This document shows positions 1 to 10,349 of a DNA stretch of 64,000 bases, in pieces (the stretch's first letter is position 1; each line of letters starts with the position of its first letter). Under the pieces are notes generated by a model. The model did no database searches and was not told where the DNA came from. It was given only the letters and a program-made list of their open reading frames with translations. This DNA is from Gemmatimonadales bacterium (GTDB lineage: Bacteria; Gemmatimonadota; Gemmatimonadetes; Gemmatimonadales; GWC2-71-9): positions 1 through 64,000 of the forward strand of contig JBDIWC010000005.1 of assembly GCA_039794085.1 (NCBI GenBank). Direction: 5' to 3'. The translations under genes were made by a program, and so were the position numbers.

Positions 1-133
1 GGCTCTGGGGGCGGGGAGAGGGCTCCGGAGGGACAGGAACCCATGCCGAAGCCGGAAGAGCCCAACCCTGAAGTGGATGGACACGTCTGGTGAACCCGAG
101 TCAACTTGCTCCGTGGCCAAGCGGTTGACGCCG

Positions 134-172
134 CTTCGGCCATGCCGTTTGCACGGGAATTGGAGAAGAACC
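134..172 (+). repeat. 39-bp direct repeat, copy 1 (copy 2 at 14356-14394)
   Basis: cttcggccatgccgtttgcacgggaattggagaagaacc; 37/39 identical to 14356-14394. Confidence 0.9.
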
Positions 173-195
173 GAAGTTCGAAGGAGGGGCGCATC

Positions 196-230
196 CTTCA
201 CACTTCGAACTTCACCACTTCAAACTTCAC
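196..230 (+). repeat. Heptamer (CACTTCG/AACTTCA) tandem array
   Basis: cttcacacttcgaacttcaccacttcaaacttcac; preceded by complementary gaagttcgaagg at ~173-184. Confidence 0.85.
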
Positions 231-253
231 GTGAGGGGGGCAGGGGGGCACCG

Positions 254-2896
254 TCAGTTCGGGACCAGCCGCCGGAGTTCCTGGAACCAGTTGGTCACCA
301 CGATCACCTGCCGGGGCTCGGTACCCGCCGGCCGCCGGAGCAATAGAAACCTCTCGCCATCGGGGGTCACGTCATGGGTCCAGGTATTGGAAGAGGACCA
401 ATAGTCCCCCGTGAACAGGGTGACGGGTGCTCCCAGCTCTCCGGACAGGGGATCCACCGACACCGCGATCATCTGTTGACCGCTGAGGTAGGTCAGCTCG
501 CGTCCGCTGCGGGTCCACCGGGGGTCCCGTCCCCCGGCCGTCGACACCAGGCGACGCCCGCTGCGCACCTCCGGATATCGGGTCAGATAAACTTCGTCGC
601 GCCCGGATTCGTCCGAGACGTAGGCCAGCCAACTCCCGCTGGGCGAGAGGATCGGGCTGACCAGGGCTCCGCTTTCGGACACGAGCAGTGGCTCGGGCGC
701 GCCGGAACCGTCCAGCGGGACCGTCCACAGTTGGGAATGGGGAAGCAGAGAATGGGAGAACAGGAGGGTTCTGCCGTCCGGGGTGAACGACCCGGGCACC
801 TTGTCGAATTGCGAGACCACCAGGGGGGCGGCGGGTGCGCCGGCATCGGTGGGGCGGATATAGAGGTCGAAGACCGGGCGCTCCGACTCGAACACGATTT
901 GCGCACCGTCCGGTGTGAACAAGGGTGCGAAATCGTTGGCACCGCCGCTGGTGAGGGGGGTACGGGTGCCGCGAATCAGGTCGAGAACCCAGACGTCCTG
1001 AGCTTCCCCGGGTCGCTCAAGGGTGACAGCGAGACGCCTTCCGTCGGGGGACAACCGGGGCTCCTTGTAGCGGCCCGGCTCCGCAATCGGCGCACTCGCG
1101 CTGCCGCTCCGGTCCACCCAAACCATTTCCATGTTGGAGCCGAGGGTCGAGGCGGCCACATAGGCGAGCGTTCCATTGTCCGACACGGCGAAGGCGGCCC
1201 GTCCATCACTCGCGTCCACCGCCAGGTCCGCGACGACGGGAACGGGTTGGCCGGTCACCTCCAGGCGACCGAGATCGAAGGGGACCGCGAAGAGCGCCTC
1301 CCCCCGGGCGTACACCAGGTGGCCCGTGGGCAGGTATCGCCCGGAGACTCCGCCCTCCAGCAGCACCGTGCGCTCCCCGGTCTCCAGCGAGAGCACCTCG
1401 ATTCGGGCGCGCTCGACCGGTGTCCGGAAGGCGGTGAACAACACGTTATCGCCGCCAGGCAGCACCTGCGGCCACCAATGCGCCAGTTCGCCCGCGGTGG
1501 TGTCGGGAGTGGAGAGCTGCTCCGGGGTCCCCCCTCCGGCGGGGACCCGCCAGAGGCCGCTGACGTAGTTGAGAGTGTAGACGATGGTTCCGTCGGCGGT
1601 CCAATCTCCCCCGGCCCATTGGCTCCGAGTCACCTCGACCGCCTGACCCCCTTCGAGCGGGACCTTGCGCAGGGTGTTGCCGGATTCGAAGGCCACCCAT
1701 TCGCCATCGGGCGAGAGGAACTGCCGGTTGCCATCCTCGCTCCCGGACACGCGGCTGAACTCCAACTGGTTGAGCGGCCGTTGGAGCAACACCGGTCTCC
1801 CCTCCTGCCGCGCCGAGACGACGATGCGGCTGCCATCGCGGGAGAGTGACAGAGAGGGATAGCCGATCTCCGTCCCCCGCGGCAGCTCCAGGATCGCCCG
1901 CACCACATCGCCCGAGGTGGCTGTGGGACCCCGTGACGCGATGATCGTCAGCCACGTGATCACCGCCACAGCCACGGCCAGGAGCGCCCAGGGCAGCATT
2001 GCGAATCGTGCCGCGGGGGCAGATCCCGCCAAAATCGCCGATCCCGTCCGCCGGGGGGCGGCTCCCGGTTCGTTCAACGCGGTGACGAACTCGGCGGCGG
2101 TCGCGAAACGGTCGGCGGGGAGCTTTTCCAGGGCCTGCATCACCGCCGACTCGACATGGACCGGGACGGTATGGCGCTGGATCTGGAGGCTTCGGGGGGG
2201 CTCGGTCACCGCTCGTGCGATGATCGCCTGGGCGGTGGGGCCGGTGAAGGGAGGTTCCCCCACCAACATCTCATAGAGCACGCACCCCAGGGCATAGACG
2301 TCGCTCCGCGCCGAGATCTCCCGCTCCCCCATCGCCTGCTCGGGGCTCATGTAGTGGGGTGTGCCCAGGCTCATCCCCGTTTCCGTCATCCGGGTGCTGC
2401 CCGCGGCGTTCACCGCCAGCGCGATTCCGAAATCGGCCACCAGGGCCCGCCCGTCGTGGAGCAGGATGTTCTCGGGCTTGATGTCGCGGTGAATCACCCC
2501 GTGGCGGTGGGCATAGTCGAGGGCACTGGCGACTTCCGAGGCGATCCGCACCGCGTCGGCCACGGCGAGTTGCCGTTCGCGCGCCAGCCGGTCCCGGAGC
2601 GATTCGCCCTCGACGAAGGGCATCACGTACCAGGCGGTCCCCTCGACCTCGCCCGAGTCGATCAGACCGAGAATGTGGGGGTGCTGGAGCCCGGCGATGG
2701 TCTTGATCTCGCGCAGGAAGCGTTCGGCGCCGATGACCGCGGAGAGTTCGGGCCGGAGGACCTTGATGGCGACCTTGCGGTCGTGCCGGAGGTCGTCGGC
2801 CAGATACACCGTGGCCATCCCGCCTGCACCGAGTTCGCGCTCGAGGCGGTAGCGGTCGGCCAAAGCGGCGGTGAGGCGGTCGAGAACCTCGGTCAT
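254..2896 (-). CDS. Hanks-type Ser/Thr protein kinase with TM helix and TolB/PD40-like beta-propeller domain
   Basis: GAGGMA, VAIK, HRDIKPEN, DFG, YMSPE, SDVYALG motifs; hydrophobic segment; repeated SPDG/TPDG motifs. Confidence 0.95.
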   Translation of the reverse strand: MTEVLDRLTAALADRYRLERELGAGGMATVYLADDLRHDRKVAIKVLRPELSAVIGAERFLREIKTIAGLQHPHILGLIDSGEVEGTAWYVMPFVEGESLRDRLARERQLAVADAVRIASEVASALDYAHRHGVIHRDIKPENILLHDGRALVADFGIALAVNAAGSTRMTETGMSLGTPHYMSPEQAMGEREISARSDVYALGCVLYEMLVGEPPFTGPTAQAIIARAVTEPPRSLQIQRHTVPVHVESAVMQALEKLPADRFATAAEFVTALNEPGAAPRRTGSAILAGSAPAARFAMLPWALLAVAVAVITWLTIIASRGPTATSGDVVRAILELPRGTEIGYPSLSLSRDGSRIVVSARQEGRPVLLQRPLNQLEFSRVSGSEDGNRQFLSPDGEWVAFESGNTLRKVPLEGGQAVEVTRSQWAGGDWTADGTIVYTLNYVSGLWRVPAGGGTPEQLSTPDTTAGELAHWWPQVLPGGDNVLFTAFRTPVERARIEVLSLETGERTVLLEGGVSGRYLPTGHLVYARGEALFAVPFDLGRLEVTGQPVPVVADLAVDASDGRAAFAVSDNGTLAYVAASTLGSNMEMVWVDRSGSASAPIAEPGRYKEPRLSPDGRRLAVTLERPGEAQDVWVLDLIRGTRTPLTSGGANDFAPLFTPDGAQIVFESERPVFDLYIRPTDAGAPAAPLVVSQFDKVPGSFTPDGRTLLFSHSLLPHSQLWTVPLDGSGAPEPLLVSESGALVSPILSPSGSWLAYVSDESGRDEVYLTRYPEVRSGRRLVSTAGGRDPRWTRSGRELTYLSGQQMIAVSVDPLSGELGAPVTLFTGDYWSSSNTWTHDVTPDGERFLLLRRPAGTEPRQVIVVTNWFQELRRLVPN

Positions 2897-2938
2897 CGTG
2901 ACAATGAAGGCACTGATACCTCCTCGGCAGGCGGGATG

Positions 2939-3355
2939 TCACCCACCCTTGGGAACCATCGTGAAGCCGGCGGTCGCGAAGTGCCGGTCCAGCGTCAACG
3001 CGACCCGGATTCTGCGATCGGCCATCACCGCGAAGCTGACCGCATCAACCAGCGAGAAATCCTGATCCCCGAACCGTTCCAGCCAGTCGGTGCAGGCCCG
3101 CTCCTCCAGATCAGCGGTACTCTGCACCACCAGGTTGGGCGGCTGCCGCACCAGCTGGACAAAGGACAGTGCCGGCCGGATCCCGGCGCGCCGGAGCAGC
3201 AACGCATGCGCTTCGGTTACGACCAGATTGGTGGTGACCACCCGGCCACCACGCCCCACATGGCCGCTCAAGGCATTGGCCAATGCCACATGATCCGGGT
3301 GGGAAGTCATCGCCAATGGATACCACGCACTGGTATCCACGAACAGCTCACTCAT
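2939..3355 (-). CDS. vapC: PIN-domain (VapC-family) toxin
   Basis: LFVDTSAW, TTNLVVTE, FSLVDAVSF, TLDRHF acidic PIN motifs; 138 aa; start overlaps upstream gene. Confidence 0.9.
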   Translation of the reverse strand: MSELFVDTSAWYPLAMTSHPDHVALANALSGHVGRGGRVVTTNLVVTEAHALLLRRAGIRPALSFVQLVRQPPNLVVQSTADLEERACTDWLERFGDQDFSLVDAVSFAVMADRRIRVALTLDRHFATAGFTMVPKGG

Positions 3356-3675
3356 CCGATCGGTCTCGAGGTGCCGTCCCAGGAGGCCACCTCCGCCTCC
3401 GTCAGGAGGCGGTCATGCTCTCGAGCCACATCGTATTCCACCGGGGCGCCACGCTCCAGCTTGGCGAGCCCGATGATCCGGAGCGCGGGGTGGGTGTCGG
3501 GGTCGGAGATCTGCCGCTCGAGCGCCTCCAAGCCCCGACGCAACACCCCAGACTTGCTGGTGTCCAGTTGGGCAGCCAGCCGCTCGAGTCGGTTCCGATC
3601 GGCCGGGTCAAGATAGACCTGAACCGGTTCGGCTGCCCGCCTGGGTTTGCCGGACCCTTCATGGGGTCGTTTCAT
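3352..3675 (-). CDS. Ribbon-helix-helix (CopG-like) antitoxin
   Basis: PVQVYLD...LERLAAQLDTSKSGVLRRGLE RHH pattern; AREHDRLL tail; 4-nt overlap with PIN gene. Confidence 0.8.
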   Translation of the reverse strand: MKRPHEGSGKPRRAAEPVQVYLDPADRNRLERLAAQLDTSKSGVLRRGLEALERQISDPDTHPALRIIGLAKLERGAPVEYDVAREHDRLLTEAEVASWDGTSRPIG

Positions 3676-3712
3676 GATTCATGAATCTAGTTATGCCCGT
3701 AAATGCTGACAA
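3671..3712 (-). promoter_or_regulatory. Sigma70-like promoter plus palindromic operator of the VapBC operon
   Basis: Minus strand TTGTCA-N17-TAGATT followed by inverted repeat TTCATGA-A-TCATGAA overlapping the ATG. Confidence 0.65.
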
Positions 3713-3742
3713 GGAGGACGGGACGGCCAGGACCGACCGGGC

Positions 3743-3943
3743 TCAATTCCGGGCGGCCGTCCGAGCCCTGACCTGCTGCACCCAGTTCCGGATGATCACG
3801 ACCTCGGTGCGTTCCGGCCGAGGGTCCAGCTCGAGCATCTTTTTATCCGAGCGTGCGGAGCGGCTGGGTGGCCCCGATCGGCCGCTTGAGAGGTGGTCGC
3901 AGTCGGCCAGGGACGTCGTCAGGCGCGTCGGAGCGTCGGCCAT
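3743..3943 (-). pseudogene. Internally deleted Ser/Thr kinase-TolB gene (first and last residues only)
   Basis: MADAPTRLTTSLAD resembles neighbour N-termini (RLTAALAD); EVVIIRNWVQQVR resembles neighbour C-termini (QVIVVTNWFQELR, AVLVQNWAAKL). Confidence 0.7.
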
Positions 3944-3968
3944 GGATTTTCCGTTGCGGTGCACGGCA

Positions 3969-6394
<2,426 letters not shown>

Positions 6395-6398
<4 letters not shown>

Positions 6399-6988
6399 GG
6401 CCGCCACTCGTAAGGACCGATCACGGACTCGGCTCGCAGGGCAACCCGGGCCAGCTCATCGAGCAATTCGGGCGCCTCCTTCAACGCCGCGAGATCCCCG
6501 AGTTCGGTCCAGATCTGGGGCCAGTCAAGGCGGCCCTGCTGCCGGAGGATGACCCCCTCGATATCGACCCAGTCCTGGGGGCGGGCCGCGAACGCCTTGT
6601 GCACGACCAGATCCTCGGCGGAACAGGTCCGCAAGGTGGCACCTGGTACCAGTTCCCCGAGCGATGATCGTCCGATGCTGCGCTCCTCGAAGGGCATCGC
6701 CCCCAAAGCGATATCCACAGGCATTCCCTCCTCGGTGCGGAGCAGGAGCACCCGATGGCGTTCAGCGAAGTCCGCCGCATCGGGGAGGCGGCTCTCGAAG
6801 AGGCCCAGCAGAATCCGCACGAACTCTGCCTCCCGTCCAAAACCGGTCAGGAGAGTCAGATCCAGATCCGTGGTCAGCCGCGGGGTTCCCCAGCGGAAAT
6901 TGGCCACCCCACCGATGAAACAGAACTGCCACTGCCGGGCTTCGAGGGTCCGCTGCAGCCGCACGCCGGCCTCGAGCAGGGTGATCAC
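6395..6988 (-). CDS. Nucleotidyltransferase-fold toxin (AbiEii/MenT-like)
   Basis: FIGGVA...PRLTTDLDL, VDI, EDLVVHKAFAARPQDWVDI motifs; GTG at 6988 overlaps the upstream stop (GTGA). Confidence 0.8.
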
Positions 6989-7212
6989 GATCGGGAACGG
7001 CGATGCAGGAGCCGTTGCTGCTCCACCAGCCCAGAAATCCGCTCGGGATCCAGGGCCCGCACGCCCTCCAGGCAAGCGTCCTCCAGCGCAGACGCAATTT
7101 GGCCAAGGTCGGCCGTCGCCAGTTCCAGCAGCCGGATCCGTTCCAGGGCAGGACCTGCGGCTCGCCATTGCGCCATCCATTCCTGGCGCTGGGCTTCGGT
7201 GGGCGCACTCAT
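6985..7212 (-). CDS. Small helical protein, putative antitoxin of the downstream nucleotidyltransferase
   Basis: 75 aa, translationally coupled to the NTase; TAGATT lies 6 nt before its ATG. Confidence 0.65.
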   Translation of the reverse strand: MSAPTEAQRQEWMAQWRAAGPALERIRLLELATADLGQIASALEDACLEGVRALDPERISGLVEQQRLLHRRSRS

Positions 7213-7337
7213 CCCAAGAATCTACCCGGTCGGGCAGGGGAGGGGGCCGCGGGACCCGCGATTCCCTGCCCCGGCTCTTGCTCTTGGCGGTAGCGGTGGT
7301 CGGCCAGGGCCGCCGTCAATCGGGTCAGAGTGGACAT
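7209..7337 (-). pseudogene. N-terminal stub of a Ser/Thr kinase gene
   Basis: Reads MSTLTRLTAALADHRYRQEQEPGQG..., a degenerate copy of RLTAALADRYRIERELGQGG; stops after 42 codons. Confidence 0.75.
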
Positions 7338-7346
7338 CTCAGCGTC

Positions 7347-9974
7347 TCATTTCGGGGACCCCGCGCCGTCCAGCTTCGCCGCCCAGTTCTGCACCAGCAC
7401 CGCCCGGCCCACGGTTTCCCGCAACCGCAGGATGAAGCGCTGGCCGCCGGGAATGACGTCAAACGAGGTGCCCCGGTCGAAGAACATCGTTCGGGAGTAG
7501 CCCTCTGCGCGGAAGAGCGATCGGGGCACGGCGCTGGCGAGGTCGGCCCCGGCGTTCGCCCGCATCACCATGATCCGTCCATCGGCCGTCTGGTAGTAGA
7601 GTTCCCGCGCATCGGCCCCCCACCGGGGCGAGCGGGCTCCCCCCGTGGTCAGTCGCTGGGCCCGTCCCTGGGCGAGAAAGGGCCGGAGATAGATCTCGGG
7701 GGTGCCGGTGTCCCACGAGGTGTACGCGATCAGGCCCCCGTCGGGCGAGACGGTGGCTTCGGAGACCACGCCGCTGACCTCGAAGAGGGGCACGGCGGTA
7801 CCCTCCGCGACGTTGTAGGCGACCACCCATCTCGCCGCACTGTAACTCCGCGTGGACGCTCCGGTCTCGAACACGAGATGGCGCCCATCCGGCGACCAGT
7901 CCGTAGCGCGCGCACAGTCGTCGACCGGCACGCGCGAAGGAAGAGACACAGCCTCGAGGGAGGCATAAAGACACGGCCCGAACGCCAGGGCCGTGTCGCC
8001 CGGCGCCCAGACGGGATCCGCCGCGAAGATCTGGCCCTCGCCCTGGATCAGGGGTGTGGAGACCCCACGCTCGAGGTCGTACAGCCAGATGTCCCACGAC
8101 CCCGCCATCACCACCCAGGGATGCGCGCGGGCCGCCGAGAAGGTCCAGGTCCGCCGTTGCCGAATAGTGTCGACGACTTCCCCGCTGCGATCAACCAGGA
8201 GTTTCTCCCGATTGCCCAGTGTGGGCAGATAGATGAGGGATCCCGAAGCCGACGCGGAATACGACAGCTCGAGATCAGTGTCCCGAACGACGCCCGAGAG
8301 GGCGACCGGTTCTCCCTCGACCCGCGACCCGTCCCGACTCACGCGTTGCCCGTAGAGCGCAAACCCGTCCGGGACCCTTCGACCGTAGACGATTCGATTC
8401 GGGGGTACGAAGGTGGGCCTCAGCGCAGCGGGAACGAGCACGGTCGTCTCCCCCGTCTCCAGGTCGCCCCGAAGGATCGAGGCGCCGAACACCCCGTTGT
8501 CGTTGTCGGCGTTGGTGCGGCGCGTGAAGAGGAGCGAGCGCCCATCCCCCACGAGGGAGGGGGAGCGATAGTTCGCGGCCGCCGAGTCCAGCGGAATGAC
8601 CACTTCGCATCCCGCCGATCCCACCCGCTCGATGCCCCTGGGACTGCTGAAGACGATCAGGTCGCCCTCGCCCCAGGACCCCGACCTGGCGCTGGGCGCC
8701 TCGCAGATCCGACGCGGCGCCGCGGCGCCGAGGTCGATGCGCATCAGCCGCCCATCGGCGAAGTAACCGATTGATTGCCCGTCGGGGGACCAGAAGGGGC
8801 TTTCAGCCCCCGTCGTGCCCGGCAGGAGCTCGGCCACGATGCCCTCGAGCCGACGAACCCAGAGTCGCCGCTCTCCTGCGGCGGAGAGCAGCACGAAGGC
8901 CAGGACACGGCCGTCGGGGGAGAGGGCTCCGAAGGATTGCCGATCGCTGAGGTCTTCGCCTTCGGGAGGGAGGATTTCCGACACCAGGTATTCGCCCGGG
9001 GCCAGGGCGGACGTTCCGGCGATCCACCCGAAGAGCACCCCGGCCACCAGGGCGGTCAGCACGGCGGCCGCGACCCCCGCGACCCGGGCCCTGGTCCAAT
9101 GGGAGCTCGGCGCGCCCGTTGATCCCTCGACCCCGCTGCGGAACGACGGATCTCCCAGCGCCTGCGCGAATGCCTTGGCGCTGTCGAACCGGTCGGCCGG
9201 CAATTTCTCCAGCGACATCGCCACCGCGGCCGCCACGTTGGGCGGCACCGACTTCCGCAGCCGGGTGACCGGTGCCGCCTCCTCGGTCACGATCTTCATG
9301 ATGATCTGCTGCGCCGAGGCCCCGGTGTGCGGCGGGTTGCCCGTGAGCATCTCGTAGAGCACGCTGCCGAGCGAATAGATGTCGCTGCGTGCGCTGATCT
9401 CCTTCTCGGCAGTCGCCTGCTCCGGCGACATGTAGTGAGGCGTGCCGAGGCTCAGGCCCGTCTCGGTCATCCGGCCGCCCGCCGCCGCGCTCACGGCCAG
9501 GGCAATGCCGAAGTCCGCCACCATCGGCCGGCCCTCGTGGAGCAGGATGTTCTCGGGCTTGATGTCGCGGTGGATTACACCCTGGCGGTGGGCATAGTCC
9601 AGGGCGTCGGCCACCGCCGTGGTGATCTTGACCGCCTCGTCGATGCCGAGCTGGGTCTCGCGATCGAGCTTGCCACGGAGCGTCTCGCCGTCGATGAACG
9701 GCATCACATAGAACAGAAACCCGTCGGCGGTGCCGGAATCGAACAGCGGAAGGATGTGCGGGTGCTGGAGCGCCGCCGTGGTGGTGATCTCCTGGACGAA
9801 CCGCTCGGCGCCGAGGACGGCCGCGAGTTCCGGCTTCAGGACCTTGAGTGCGACCTTGCGCTTGTGCTTGAGGTCTTCCGCGAGGTAGACGGTGGCCATA
9901 CCCCCTTGGCCGAGTTCGCGCTCGATGCGGTAGCGGTCGGAGAGGGCGGCGCTCAGGCGTTCCAGTGGGTTCAC
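7347..9974 (-). CDS. Hanks-type Ser/Thr kinase with TM helix and TolB/PD40-like domain
   Basis: GQGGMA, VALK, HRDIKPEN, DFG, YMSPE, SDIYSLG; WSPDG repeats. Confidence 0.95.
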   Translation of the reverse strand: MNPLERLSAALSDRYRIERELGQGGMATVYLAEDLKHKRKVALKVLKPELAAVLGAERFVQEITTTAALQHPHILPLFDSGTADGFLFYVMPFIDGETLRGKLDRETQLGIDEAVKITTAVADALDYAHRQGVIHRDIKPENILLHEGRPMVADFGIALAVSAAAGGRMTETGLSLGTPHYMSPEQATAEKEISARSDIYSLGSVLYEMLTGNPPHTGASAQQIIMKIVTEEAAPVTRLRKSVPPNVAAAVAMSLEKLPADRFDSAKAFAQALGDPSFRSGVEGSTGAPSSHWTRARVAGVAAAVLTALVAGVLFGWIAGTSALAPGEYLVSEILPPEGEDLSDRQSFGALSPDGRVLAFVLLSAAGERRLWVRRLEGIVAELLPGTTGAESPFWSPDGQSIGYFADGRLMRIDLGAAAPRRICEAPSARSGSWGEGDLIVFSSPRGIERVGSAGCEVVIPLDSAAANYRSPSLVGDGRSLLFTRRTNADNDNGVFGASILRGDLETGETTVLVPAALRPTFVPPNRIVYGRRVPDGFALYGQRVSRDGSRVEGEPVALSGVVRDTDLELSYSASASGSLIYLPTLGNREKLLVDRSGEVVDTIRQRRTWTFSAARAHPWVVMAGSWDIWLYDLERGVSTPLIQGEGQIFAADPVWAPGDTALAFGPCLYASLEAVSLPSRVPVDDCARATDWSPDGRHLVFETGASTRSYSAARWVVAYNVAEGTAVPLFEVSGVVSEATVSPDGGLIAYTSWDTGTPEIYLRPFLAQGRAQRLTTGGARSPRWGADARELYYQTADGRIMVMRANAGADLASAVPRSLFRAEGYSRTMFFDRGTSFDVIPGGQRFILRLRETVGRAVLVQNWAAKLDGAGSPK

Positions 9975-10118
9975 ACTGCTCCGGGCATGAGCGGGAGGGT
10001 GGCTGTCAAGGGGCTGTCACAAGTTACTCCGGGGGGAGGAGAACGGCCAGATGCCCTCACCCTAGCCCTACCCCTCACTCCTCACCCTGTCGCCGCGGAG
10101 CGGCGACCCCGTTCACCA

Positions 10119-10342
10119 TCAGGATGGCTTCACTATCCGCAGATACGGCAACGGTTGGTCCCAACCGTCGGGATAGCGCCTGCGGGCCTCGTCGGAGATG
10201 GAGGGCGGGATGATCGCTGGGCCGCCGGGTCGCCAATCCGCCGGGGGCGCGAGCTGCCTCGGCGGCGAGGAGCTGGCAGGAGTCGAGCAGACGGAGGATT
10301 TCCTGGAAGTTTGGTGGTGCAGACGGGGGTGAAATCCTTGGG
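10119..10342 (-). pseudogene. Deleted and frameshifted 1-Cys peroxiredoxin (Prx6-type) remnant
   Basis: PKDFTPVCTT active-site motif abutting NFQEILRLLDSCQL, then PADWRPG...IIPPSISDEARRRYPDGWDQPLPYLRIV-stop in shifting frames. Confidence 0.8.
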
Positions 10343-10349
10343 TTCGCCG

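Noticed and set aside
137..152. Sigma54 promoter inside the 39-bp repeat (CGGCCATGCCGTTTGC)
   Set aside because: GG-to-GC spacing is 11 rather than the required 10 in both copies.
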